Source of the DNA: Planctomycetota bacterium
GTDB lineage: Bacteria > Planctomycetota > B143-G9
Direction of reading: 5' to 3'
Assembly (NCBI GenBank): GCA_034521065.1
Contig: JAXHMW010000014.1
Span: 48,913 to 112,912 of the forward strand
Length of the DNA: 64,000 nt
Below the pieces are notes generated by a model that worked only from the letters and a program-made list of their open reading frames with translations, searched no databases and was not told where the DNA came from. This document shows, piece after piece, positions 47,377 to 58,374 of this stretch (its first letter is position 1; each line of letters starts with the position of its first letter). The translations under genes and the position numbers were made by a program.

Positions 47377-48038
47377 TGTTCCTCTCGTTTCAGCGCCTTT
47401 TGTGCAACGGCGCGCAGGTCCCGAATTGCACGGACGATGTCGGTGCTTTTGAAGATTGCCGAAGCAGCTACCAGGACGTTCGCACCGGCCTCGACAGCTT
47501 GCGGGACAGTATCGGAGTTCATGCCTCCGTCAATCTCTATGTCGAGTTCGGGCGCCTCACTTCTGAGACGCCGAACCGTGTCAAGTGTATCAGGAATAAA
47601 CGACTGACCGCTGAAACCCGGAAAGACCGACATCACGAGCACCTGTTCCACGAGGTTGAGGTGTGGCAGTATAAGCTCGACATCGGTGTCAGGGTTGAGC
47701 GTGAGGGCAGGAGCCATGCCGAGTTCGCGGATGCGCGCGAGCGTGGAACGCGGGTCGTCGAGCACCTCGATGTGGACGGTGCAGATATCAACTCCGCTTT
47801 TCGCGAATGCCTCGATGTACTTATCGGGGTCGGTTATCATCAGGTGGGCGTCGCAGGTGAGGTCGGTAATACGGTTAACTGTGGCGGCGACCATGGGACC
47901 GAAGGAAATGTTGGGTACGAAGTGCCCGTCCATTACGTCGAGGTGGACGTAGTCGGCACCGCCCTGTTCTATCAGCCTTATCTGTCCTTCAAGGTCGGCG
48001 AAGTCGGCGGACAGTATGGAGGGGGATATCTTCAGCAT
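47373..48038 (-). CDS. rpe: Ribulose-phosphate 3-epimerase
   Basis: ISPSILSADFADL, HLDVMDGHFVPN, DAHLM, MSVFPGFSGQSFI, IEIDGG. Confidence 0.9.
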   Translation of the reverse strand: MLKISPSILSADFADLEGQIRLIEQGGADYVHLDVMDGHFVPNISFGPMVAATVNRITDLTCDAHLMITDPDKYIEAFAKSGVDICTVHIEVLDDPRSTLARIRELGMAPALTLNPDTDVELILPHLNLVEQVLVMSVFPGFSGQSFIPDTLDTVRRLRSEAPELDIEIDGGMNSDTVPQAVEAGANVLVAASAIFKSTDIVRAIRDLRAVAQKALKREEQ

Positions 48039-48040
48039 TC

Positions 48041-48328
48041 TCAGATATCCATCTCCAGGTAAAGCCCTTGGCCTTCCTCAATGATACGCATGCGTATGCG
48101 AGTGGAGGAAAGGGCTTCGTTGAAGTCGCCGACGACCTGCTTGAGAAGGTTGTAAAGCTTCAGTTCGCGGCGGTTGCAGTTGTGTTCGTAAAAACGCTTG
48201 ATCTTCTCGTCATCGAGGTCCATTTCCAGTGCGGAATCAGCGCTCTTGACCGCCTCGAGAAGCTCTTCGTCAACCTTGATACGGACCTTTGCGTGTTCCC
48301 TTACGGGGGTCTGAAGCTTGTCGCTCAT
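48041..48328 (-). CDS. Small acidic hypothetical protein heading the rpe-accD operon
   Basis: 95 aa, with a GAGG RBS. Its stop lies 2 nt before the rpe start. I recognise no family. Confidence 0.5.
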   Translation of the reverse strand: MSDKLQTPVREHAKVRIKVDEELLEAVKSADSALEMDLDDEKIKRFYEHNCNRRELKLYNLLKQVVGDFNEALSSTRIRMRIIEEGQGLYLEMDI

Positions 48329-48414
48329 TTTGGCTCGCCTCTGGCTATAAACAGGTTTACTCGCACGTCCGGAAGGGGCTCGTGCGTAAAAGAATATGTT
48401 AGCGTATTTTTATT

Positions 48415-49599
48415 TCAATGCCTGTCCGATATAGCAGCGACTCCGGGCAGTGTCTTGCCCTGCAGCAACTCCAGCGATGCGCCGCCGCCGGTGGAGATGT
48501 GCGACATCTTCCGCTCAAGCCCGTTAGCACGTATCATCGAGGCCGTGTCGCCACCGCCTATGATCGAGGTACCCGGACAATCGGAAACAGCCTGAGCCAC
48601 GAGCCTGCTGCCCTTGCTGAAAGGTTCCATTTCGAAAACGCCCAGCGGGCCGTTCCAGACAAGTGTTCCCGCGCTTCGCGCGAGGCGTGCGAAGTCCTCA
48701 GCGGTCTTCGGGCCGATGTCCAGCCCAATCCAGCCTTCCGGAATCGCTCCTTCGACCGTCTTTATGTTCGCGTCAGCGGCGAAACGGTCGGCTATCACGT
48801 GATCGAACGGCAGACGAACCTCCACTCCGGCCTTCTCGGCCTTGCGCAGGGTGCTTGCGGCCATTTCGAGGTTGTCCTCGTCCAGCTTCGACGAGCCCAC
48901 TTCAATTCCCTTGGCTTTCAGGAAGGTGTAGCACATGCCTCCGCCGATGAGGAACGTGTCCACCCTGTCGAAAAGATTTTCGAGCACGGGCAGTTTATCG
49001 TGAACCTTGGCTCCGCCCACAATTGCCACGAACGGTTTGCGTGGCGCGGAGAGCGCCTTTCCGAAGTATTCCAGTTCCTTCTGCACGAGGAGTCCCATCG
49101 CACCAGTGTGAAAAGCCGTAATGCCCTGGACCGAAGCGTGAGCCCTGTGACACGCGCCGAAGGCGTCATTGACGTACTCGTCACCGAGCTTTGCGAGTTG
49201 CGCCGCGAAAGCCGGGTCGTTGGCCTTCTCGCCCTCGTGAAAACGCAGGTTCTCGAGAAGAACCACGTCGCCGGGCTTCAAGGCCGCACAGATGCGTTCG
49301 ACTTCCTCGCCTGTGCAGTCAGGCGCCATTATGACATCGCGCCCGAGCAGCTTGGAAAGCTCTTGCGAGACAGGCTTGAGCGAGAACTCGTCACTTCTCA
49401 AACCGCCCGGCCTGCCGAGATGAGACATGACTACGAGGGAGCCTCCCTCGTCGAGAACATACCGAAGGGTCGGAAGCGCCCGTACGATACGGGTGTTGTC
49501 GGTTATCTTGCCGTCCTCGACCGGGACGTTGAAGTCCACTCGAACAAGTACGCGCTTGCCCGCCACTTGCAGGTCTTTCACTGATAGCTTATCGAACAC
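48415..49599 (-). CDS. pgk: Phosphoglycerate kinase
   Basis: GTG 49599 follows AAGGAGAG. KRVLVRVDFNVPV, MSHLGRPGG, AIVGGAKVHDKL, WNGPLGVFE, GGGDTA. The longer 474-aa ORF upstream overlaps the 3' end of gap and is not credible. Confidence 0.92.
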   Translation of the reverse strand: MFDKLSVKDLQVAGKRVLVRVDFNVPVEDGKITDNTRIVRALPTLRYVLDEGGSLVVMSHLGRPGGLRSDEFSLKPVSQELSKLLGRDVIMAPDCTGEEVERICAALKPGDVVLLENLRFHEGEKANDPAFAAQLAKLGDEYVNDAFGACHRAHASVQGITAFHTGAMGLLVQKELEYFGKALSAPRKPFVAIVGGAKVHDKLPVLENLFDRVDTFLIGGGMCYTFLKAKGIEVGSSKLDEDNLEMAASTLRKAEKAGVEVRLPFDHVIADRFAADANIKTVEGAIPEGWIGLDIGPKTAEDFARLARSAGTLVWNGPLGVFEMEPFSKGSRLVAQAVSDCPGTSIIGGGDTASMIRANGLERKMSHISTGGGASLELLQGKTLPGVAAISDRH

Positions 49600-49610
49600 C
49601 CTGACTCTCC

Positions 49611-50641
<1,031 letters not shown>

Positions 50642-50651
50642 TTAAAAAATC

Positions 50652-51435
50652 TCAGCCCGCGGGTGTTTGCGGAATGTCGTTGTCGAGGAACTTCTTCAGC
50701 TCCCTCGCGAAATGCTCTGTGGAAACCGGCCCGGCTGGCATGGTCATGCGGTTGATGAACACTCCCGGAAAGCCATAAACTTCGTATTTTTCACCGGAAT
50801 CTATGACGTATTCCTCCACGAAAACCTTTTCGCCCTTCACCTTTTCTCGCACATAATCGTTGATCTCTTTGTAGGAGTTGTAGGTAATAGGGCACGAGGG
50901 ATCGTAGTTGATCTGTACACGTATGCGGTTCTCGAGTATATAGATTTTGGGAAGCGAGGGCACGAACGTCAAAGGCTTCACTTCGGGGTCGAACCGCTTT
51001 ATCACGACCGACGCATGTGTGTCCTGCGCGCGCGTATTCATAGCAGTTGAGCTTGAAGAACTGATACGGGTTCAGAGTGCCGCTGGAGTAAACCACCGCC
51101 GCTATTGCCCTGCACTCGTCCTCGAGGTCATCTTCGATGTGGTGAAGGAGGTTGCCGCAGAGCTTGTCGTAGTCCGCCTGGTTCGGCGTGAATATGCAGT
51201 GGATTACTCTCGTGTCCTGTGCGAATATCTTGAACACCCCGGACTCTGGCTCGCAGACAATCGCCTGTGCGACCCTGCCGTCATCTGTTTCGCCCTGATA
51301 GACGGCCCAGCCTTTCTCGAGTTTGCCGTTCAGGTAATCGGCGCAGTACTGAAGTGCGGGATTGTCCCGTGCGCCTTCGGGCATGAGCTTCGCGAGGGCC
51401 GATGTCTCTACTTTTAGAAGTTTGGTGAAGTTCAA
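50652..51435 (-). CDS. Hypothetical cytoplasmic protein; one frameshift as assembled
   Basis: Fragments 50791-51435 and 50652-51041 join near 51035-51050 (FFKLNCYEY then ARAQDTHASVVIKRF). I recognise no family. Confidence 0.45.
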
Positions 51436-51837
51436 GATGACTCCTTTTTAACAAGAGTGTACCACGCACCGGCATTCGCAAGTTTTTTAGTGTCTTCCAC
51501 CGAGAACGCTCTCTGGAGTACTTTTCAACGGGCGCAGGGCGAGCCTTCAAGCTCGAAGCGAGCACGAAAAACATACTCGCGGCCAACGATGGACTGAAAA
51601 TTATAAGCTGAAACACAAAAGGGTACCTCGAGTAATTGGTTTAGAACGAAACCGAGCGAGGCAAAGGCAGGCGAGGAAGAAGAGGAAATCTGACGTGGGT
51701 TTGGCCATAGCCATACATACGGATGGATTTTCTCCATGACGAAGTCATGGCGAAGCCGCAGCCGTTTGCAGTAAAACTGTATTTTTCGATGTGCCCAAAA
51801 ACCAGGGCTCTGCGCCTCAACATACTGGAGTGATATC

Positions 51838-52668
51838 GTGTGGGATTACAATAAGAAAGTCAAGGAACTGTTTTTGAATCCGAAGAACACGGGCGAGATC
51901 GAGGACGCTGACGGCACCGGAGAGGTCGGTTCGATCTCCTGCGGCGACGCCATGAAACTCACGATCAAGGTCGAGAACGGAGTGATTGTCGATGCGAAGT
52001 TCAAGACCTTCGGATGCGGCTCTGCAATCGCCTCGGCATCCGCGCTGACCGAGATGATCAAGGGAAAGACGGTGGAAGAGGCCGAAAAGATTACTAACGC
52101 CGATATCGTTGAGTTCCTCGGCGGCCTGCCCCGGCAGAAGATGCACTGCTCAGTGATGGGCGCGGAAGCCCTCGAGGCGGCGATAAACGATTACAAGGGC
52201 ATTGAGACCGTCGAAAACGGTGAAGACGAGGGCGAGGTGGTCTGCCACTGCTTCGGCATCACCGACAAAGAGATCGAGAAGGTGGCACGCCAGAACCGTC
52301 TTAAAGAAGTCGAGGACGTGACGAATTACACCAAGGCCGGTGGCGGCTGCGGCGGATGTCTGCCACAGATTCAGAACATCCTCAACCGTATCTGGAGCGA
52401 GGAACCACCTGAACCCAGAACCGAGCCCAAGACATTCTTGGAGAAGGTGCGCCTCATCGAACGCTGCATCGAAGACGAGATACGTCCCATTCTCAACCAG
52501 GATGGCGGCGATATCGAACTCGTTGACATACAGGGCGACAAGGTGCTTGTCAAGCTGCTTCGCAACTGCGCCGACCGCCTGCTCTCCGAGTTCACGCCTG
52601 ATGACTTCGTCGGCGAGGAACGAGGAGGTTCGTCTCCAGCATCGAGGTCGAGGAGGTGGAGGAGATGA
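51838..52668 (+). CDS. nifU: Full-length NifU-type Fe-S scaffold (IscU-like, BFD-like 2Fe-2S and NifU C-terminal domains); C-terminal domain scrambled as assembled
   Basis: GTG start. GSISCGDAMKL, FKTFGCGSAIASAS, KMHCSVMG, CHCFGITDKEI...GGCGGCLP, IRPILNQDGGDIELVDIQGDKVLVKL. The expected CxxC block is lost (LRNCADRLLSEF). The TGA at 52666-52668 overlaps ATG 52665. Confidence 0.8.
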   Translation: MWDYNKKVKELFLNPKNTGEIEDADGTGEVGSISCGDAMKLTIKVENGVIVDAKFKTFGCGSAIASASALTEMIKGKTVEEAEKITNADIVEFLGGLPRQKMHCSVMGAEALEAAINDYKGIETVENGEDEGEVVCHCFGITDKEIEKVARQNRLKEVEDVTNYTKAGGGCGGCLPQIQNILNRIWSEEPPEPRTEPKTFLEKVRLIERCIEDEIRPILNQDGGDIELVDIQGDKVLVKLLRNCADRLLSEFTPDDFVGEERGGSSPASRSRRWRR

Positions 52669-53851
52669 CGGGCAGAGTTATCCGTCTCGGACAACGTGAC
52701 GTCACCGAGGTTCGCCCAGGTCAGGGGCACGACGATGCCGTTCTTCTGCGAGCTGTACGGCAACCCGTCTTCAATGCACGAGTTTCGGCGGGCAGGTTAT
52801 GGAGTCCGTGGACGAGGCCCGTGCAAAGGTCGCAGCACTGTTCAAGTGCTCTCCGGATGAGATCGTGTTCCTCGGCTCGGGCAGCGAAGGGGATAACCAC
52901 GCCATCAAGGGCACCGTGGAAGCGTATCCCGAACGCAGGCATATCATCACCAGCCGCGTGGAGCATCCCGCGGTTCTTCACACCTGCCAGAACTATGCAA
53001 GAAAGGGCTATCGCGTGACCATGGTCGGCGTTGACGGGCAGGGCAGGCTCGACATGGACCAGTTCAGGGACTCTCTCACCGAGGAGACGGCAATCGTCTC
53101 GATTATGTACGCGAATAACGAGACGGGAAACATCTATCCCGTTGGTGAGATAGCTCGACTATGCCGTGAGAAGGGCGTTGTGTGCCACGTTGATGCCGTA
53201 CAGGCGCCGGGCAAGATTCCCATGGACATAGATACAATTCCAGCGGACATGATAACCATAAGCGGGCATAAACTGCACGCCCCGAAGGGCGTCGCGGCCA
53301 TGTACATCCGTCGCGGCACTCGTGTGCGCAACCTTATCTCGGGCGGGCATCAGGAGAGCGGCAGGCGTGCGGGTACTGAAAACGTGCCGTACATTGTCGG
53401 TCTCGGAAAGGCCTGTGAGCTTGCACAGACCAATTTCTCCGAAGAGAACACACGAGTGAAGATGCTGCGTGACAGACTCGAAAAGGGAATTCTCGACACC
53501 ATCGAGGTCGCCAATGTCAACGGCGACCGGGAACACAGGCTGCCGAACACCACGAACATCTCTTTCGAGTACATTGAGGGCGAGGCGATACTCCTTCTTC
53601 TCGACCAACATGGCATCTGCGCAAGCAGTGGTTCGGCATGTTCGTCGGGTTCGCTCGAACCAAGCCACGTGATACGAGCGATGGGAGTACCCTTTACTCG
53701 TGTACACGGTTCGACGAGACTCTCGCTGTCTCGTTACAACACCGAAGAAGACATAGATTACGCGCTCGAGGTTTTTCCCAAGGTGGTCGAAAGGCTGCTC
53801 GAACTTTCGCCTTACAGCAAGGACCGTCAGCCCAAGCCGCTGCAGGAATGA
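52665..53851 (+). CDS. nifS: Cysteine desulfurase NifS/IscS class I; several frameshifts in the first 140 nt or so as assembled
   Basis: Frame-hopping N-terminus: MTGRVI, DNVTSP, MPFFCELYGNPSSMHEF, FGGQVMESVDEARAKV. Then intact ORF 52799-53851 with ITSRVEHPAV, SGHKLHAPKGVAAMY, RRAGTENV, SSGSACSSG. Confidence 0.85.
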
Positions 53852-53942
53852 TTGACAATTCACCTTTTTGAAGTATTCTTTGCGGGCGGGGCAGGCGTCC
53901 TGCCCGCATTTTTTCAGGATATATAGCCAGGGAGAGGCCATC

Positions 53943-54696
53943 GTGAAATGGGTTTTCAGAATATTCGTAGTCGTCGTCCTTCTTTTCATCCTCGCTCTTC
54001 TGTTCCTGCCGGGCACTATTGCAAGGCCCATAGCCGAGAGAGTGGCCTCCAATAAGATGAAGGTAGATGTCGGTATCGGAGGGTTGAGCGCCTCGGTGTT
54101 CAGCAGCTCAGTCGGTCTGTCGGGTCTTGATGTTGGCAATCCTGAAGGATTCGATTCCGATAAGATGATGAGTGTGAAGGAAATTAAGGCCCAAGCCAAC
54201 ATAATGTCCTTCCTCACAAGCGTTATCGAGATACCGTCTGTAAATCTTGACGGGCTGGATATGTTAATCGAGAACAAAGGCTTTAAGAACAACGTCAAGA
54301 CTTTGATGAATAATCTCAAGGGAGAGGGAGGCGAAGGCGACGCGGAATCCTCCGGCGAGGGCAAGAAGTTCAAGATAGATAAGATCGTCATCACAAACGC
54401 CAAGGTGACGTTCAAGACCGGCGTCGTGCCCGCCGCCAGCGTGACGATTGACGAACTGGTCGTCGAGGATATCGGGCACTTCCGAGGGCATGGGAGTTAA
54501 TCTCTCGCAGGTCATAGAGGCCGTTATCAGCGCGCTTGCAAAGAAGTCCTTCGACCTCGCGGGAGACCTGCCTGAAGGCATTCGCAAGGCGCTGATGGAA
54601 GGCGGTATGCTTGAGGCCATTGACAAAGGAGTGGTTGACAAGATCAAGAGCGGCGGCAAGAACCTGATAGACGGAGTGAAGAATATTTTTGACTGA
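53943..54696 (+). CDS. N-terminally anchored membrane protein (AsmA/DUF748-like); one frameshift as assembled
   Basis: GGGAGAGG RBS, GTG 53943, anchor VKWVFRIFVVVVLLFILALLFL. The frame changes near 54470-54485: DELVVEDIG, then TSEGMGVNLSQVIEAVISALAKK. Confidence 0.45.
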
Positions 54697-55561
54697 GAGG
54701 CTGACTCCGCGACATGCAGTGCTGTTCGCGCTGCTTGCGGCACTCGCGGCACTGGTGCTTGTAATGTTCCTGACTTCCCTCGGACTGAAGGTTCGGAAAA
54801 AGCTTCTCACAAGAACCGAGCGCGGCGTCGTTTACGGTGTGGCGGACGGCAGAGAACTGCTGTGCGATATCCACGCCCCGCGGTTCGGCAACCGCAAACG
54901 CCCCGTACTGCTTTGGATTCACGGGGGCTCGTGGATTGAGGGAAGCCGCGCGAACTGTTCGCTCGACGTGATGGCCCTTTACGGCTGGACGGTTATCGCC
55001 ATTGACTACCGCCTCGTCGATTCCGCACCTTTTCCTGCCCAGGTCGAGGACTGTCGCACCGCCCTGCGCTGGATTGTGGACAACGCGGACGAACGCGGTT
55101 TCGATGCTGGCTGTATCGCCGTCGCGGGCAATTCTGCGGGAGGACATCTCGCATCGCTTCTCGCGACATCGTACCGCGTACAAGGTATCCCCATCCGTTG
55201 CGTGGCGGCCTTCTTCACACCTTTCGACCTCACAAATCTCGTCGAACCTTCCGCTCCTGAGGCAAGCGACCCTCGAAACCCGCTCGTAAGACTTTTTGAT
55301 GGGCCGCTTAGTGAGAAGCAGGCCGAACTTCGCGCTGCGAGCCCCATATACGTCGCCGATTCGAATGCCCCGCCCTTTCTCATCTATCACGGCGAGCGAG
55401 ACGACCTCGTACCAGTTTCGCAGGCAAAGCGAATGCACAGTAAGCTGAGGGAACTGTCGGTGGAGTCGAAGCTGGTATTGCTTGCCGATAACGGTCACGG
55501 CATGTATCACCTTCGTCACATCGGCGAGATTCGCAAGTTTCTCGAGCAGCATTGCAGGTAG
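54689..55561 (+). CDS. Alpha/beta hydrolase (esterase/lipase, Abhydrolase_3-like)
   Basis: LLWIHGGSWIEGS (HGG oxyanion motif), nucleophile GNSAGGHLA, late HGERDDLVP and DNGHG. Confidence 0.75.
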   Translation: MTERLTPRHAVLFALLAALAALVLVMFLTSLGLKVRKKLLTRTERGVVYGVADGRELLCDIHAPRFGNRKRPVLLWIHGGSWIEGSRANCSLDVMALYGWTVIAIDYRLVDSAPFPAQVEDCRTALRWIVDNADERGFDAGCIAVAGNSAGGHLASLLATSYRVQGIPIRCVAAFFTPFDLTNLVEPSAPEASDPRNPLVRLFDGPLSEKQAELRAASPIYVADSNAPPFLIYHGERDDLVPVSQAKRMHSKLRELSVESKLVLLADNGHGMYHLRHIGEIRKFLEQHCR

Positions 55562-55623
55562 TCAAACTTGCCCCCTCGTCACAGCGGAATATTCTTGGAA
55601 GGATGCTCTCAACCGGAGGTAAT

Positions 55624-57782
55624 ATGCGAATTTCAAGACTGTTGATTTGTGTTTTCGCGGTGGCGGCTGTGTTTACCGGCGGCTGTGTTCAGCAGGAGAC
55701 CGAAGTGTTTTCCTTCGTATTCGAAAAGCGCCATGCACCCGCCCGGGGTCGTGCCGGTCTTACTCTCCCGCGTGACGTACTCAAGCGCGTGGCGAAAGAA
55801 GCTAAACTCGGTGAGAGGCTCGGATACACGCAGGAGCAGATGGCACACTTCGCATCCGATAAGTTCTGTCTCGGCATTGTTAAGCGACTGTTTCGCGATG
55901 TCGCTTCGGTGCCCGACTACAGCGGTCGCATAGCTCGGGCACTTATGGCTTACAGCAAAAATCCCGGGCTTGTGGCAAGGGTTAGTTACATACTCATGGA
56001 CGTTCGAGCCGGTGCGGGAGTGGAACCTCCTGCAGACGACGACTGGGGACTCGACGCGATTACCGACGGAGCTACTCCTGCAGAGGCTCTCGAGGCGCTT
56101 CTCGTTGAGGAAGCGGATGAGACGAGTATAGCGGAGTTCAAACAACTTCCCACAAGCCAGCAGAAACTATTCGTGCGGCTGCTTATTGCCTCGGTCGTTT
56201 CTGCGCCGTTCGTTCGCAAGGCCTTCGACCTCGACCAGCTCGCCGACGCCGTCATGGCGAAGGACATTACCACCGTACCCTCGCGAGAGCTGTACTCGCT
56301 TGCCACTGGCCCCTGGGAGACCTCCAACTGCCCGCGCGAGTCGTTTGAGATCATGGACGAACTCGACCTCGCTTACCTTTCGTTTTCGGCTGTGATGTAT
56401 CACAAGTACGTATCGGCCGCACTCGCCGAATACGGCGAAAAGAATTTGCCGAAAATCGCGAGGCTCTTCGGGCGACTGGACTTCAATACTCTCGCGGGGC
56501 CTGTGAGCATATGCGATACGTCGAATTCTGAGATCGCCGACAATCGCGCTCTCGTGCTCGACCTCGGTGGTTCCGACAGCTACACGGGCATCACCGCGGT
56601 GCCACGCAACCTGGCGAATCCTATTTCCACCGTGGTTGACCTCGGCGGCGATGACCGCTATGTGAACGAGGACGATAAGGCAGCCATAGCTTGCGGTCTT
56701 TTCGGAATGGGGTCGATCTACGACCTCGCCGGCGACGACCTCTATCACAACGAGGAATCTGGCATCGGCAGTGCCTGGCGGTACCGGTCTCGTGATGGAC
56801 TTCGAAGGAAACGACAGGTATCACACCGATTACTCATGGAGCCAGGGCGCAGGTCACTTCGGAGCGGGCATCCTCATAGACCTTGAGGGTGACGACGACT
56901 ATTTCTGTGGTACGGAATCTCAGGGCTTCGGTTCGACGCTCGGAGTCGGGCTAATTCTGATGTTTCAGGCAACGACAGCTATCGAGCTAGCGACACAGCC
57001 CGGCTCTCGGCCCCGTTCAACCACCGGCCCATATCCTTCGCTCAGGGCGCGGGTTTCGGCAGGAGAGCTGACTACGGCGACGGTCACAGTCTTGCGGGCG
57101 GTGTGGGAATACTCGTGGAGGGAGCGGGTGACGATACCTACTACGGCAATATATATTCGCAGGGCTGTGCGTACTGGTGGTCACTGGGCATCTGCGAGGA
57201 TTTTGGCGGAAACGACAGCTACCGCTGCCTGTGGTATTCGCTTGGTTCCGCGCCTCACTTCGCCATCGGTTGTATGGTGGACAACGAGGGTGACGACAGT
57301 TATAACATGGATGCGAAGGATGCTTACGTGCAGTATCAGGGCTGCGCGAGGGATGGTTCGATGGCCGTATTCATAGACGGAGACGGTAATGACCAGTACT
57401 ACCTTCGCAATCGCTGCGGGGGTGCGGGCGACCTTGGCAGCATAGCTGTGTTCTGGGATCGTTTCGGAGATGACCTGTACCACGTGAGTCTTAAAAATCC
57501 CTACGGCAAGGACCTTCCCCTCGGCGGGGAGCGGTCGAATATCCGAAGAACGGCACATTCCGGGACAGGATAGCCACCGTTGGCTTGTTCATGGACACCG
57601 CGGGTAGGGACCGCTACGAACAGAAGGGCGAACTGGCAAAGGAGAAGACCTTCCCCTGGTACGATAACTCCCACTGGCGAAATTACTCGGACTACCCGTT
57701 CCTCGGCTTCGGTTTCGATGCCGATATTATGCTGCCTGCCCCCGAGCCAGAAGAGAACGAAGAGGAAGCTGACGAGAAGTAA
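55624..57782 (+). CDS. GDxY-repeat lipoprotein B, paralogue of 38383-40515; three frameshifts as assembled
   Basis: GGAGG RBS, ATG 55624, lipobox FTGGC. Twelve repeat cores: DLGGSDSY, DLGGDDRY, DLAGDDLY, DFEGNDRY, DLEGDDDY, DVSGNDSY, EGAGDDTY, DFGGNDSY, DNEGDDSY, DGDGNDQY, RFGDDLY, DTAGRDRY. Breaks are at about 56765-56775, about 56950-56965 and about 57517-57535. The tail is acidic (EPEENEEEADEK). Confidence 0.65.
56551..57625 (+). repeat. Coding tandem repeat region of protein B (12 units)
   Basis: Runs from ctcgtgctcgacctcggtggttccgacagctac (56551) to ttcatggacaccgcgggtagggaccgctacgaa (about 57588-57620). Confidence 0.6.
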
Positions 57783-57799
57783 CAGCACGGGTGTCCCAT

Positions 57800-57836
57800 A
57801 AAAAAAGCGGCGACATTGACCTGTCGCCGCTTTTTG
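57800..57836. terminator. Bidirectional Rho-independent terminator between convergent genes
   Basis: aaaaa-gcggcgac / attgacct / gtcgccgc-ttttt. Confidence 0.8.
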
Positions 57837-57840
57837 TCTG

Positions 57841-58374
57841 TCACTCGAAGTTCGGTGGTGGGTCGAGGCGGTTCACCGCCTTGCCAAGCCTTTCAAGCTC
57901 GCGAATCTGGTACCTTTCAATGTGAGACAGGAGCCTTGCGAGAAACCGCTCCCGCTTTGCCTTAGGGCGCCGAACCGTTATGCCCAAATGTCTGCCGGAA
58001 TCCGATATGAGTTCTATGCGCATCTCGCCGACTACGCTCTTCGCAATGCCGAGAAGAACAAGGGCCAGACCGTCCAGAATGAAGAAGAATCCCATTACCG
58101 ACCATACAACGCCTTCGGGAATGAAACAGAGCGTCGCAAGCATCATTATCACGAAGCCGACCATGCCGTAGAGCAGGACGGCGACGGGCGAACGGGTCTC
58201 TGTAACTGCGACAGCTTTGATCTCGTCGAAGAACATGCGCGTATAGTTGTCTGAAAACAGCACGAAGTTGACGTTCAGAACGTGGTCATCTTCGACGAAT
58301 ATCGAGCTCTTGCCCGCGAGGTGCAGGGAATAAAGGTCCGATTTGCCGCGTTCGTACTTCGTGCGCTCTTTCAT
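57841..58374 (-). CDS. Two-TM membrane protein, last gene of a five-gene membrane operon
   Basis: Soluble N-terminal segment of about 55 aa, TM pair VAVLLYGMVGFVIMMLATLCFI and VWSVMGFFFILDGLALVLLGI, basic C-terminal helix. Its start overlaps the upstream stop by 4 nt. Confidence 0.6.
   Translation of the reverse strand: MKERTKYERGKSDLYSLHLAGKSSIFVEDDHVLNVNFVLFSDNYTRMFFDEIKAVAVTETRSPVAVLLYGMVGFVIMMLATLCFIPEGVVWSVMGFFFILDGLALVLLGIAKSVVGEMRIELISDSGRHLGITVRRPKAKRERFLARLLSHIERYQIRELERLGKAVNRLDPPPNFE

Noticed and set aside
48418-49584. 388-aa plus-strand ORF
   Set aside because: It is exactly antisense to pgk, which carries all Pgk motifs. It has no independent support.
51525-51823. Two overlapping minus-strand ORFs (70 and 60 aa) in the long nifU upstream region, as possible small proteins
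   Set aside because: I saw no RBS. Their composition is odd (W/P/S runs), they overlap each other in different frames, and they run toward a divergent promoter region. They are kept only as part of the non-coding-region finding.
53159-54415. 418-aa minus-strand ORF, the longest unannotated ORF in the window
   Set aside because: It runs antisense to nifS and to the membrane-anchored gene, both of which have strong family motifs. Its translation is low-complexity (S/P/L/F-rich) and has no RBS. It is a typical shadow ORF in GC-rich DNA.
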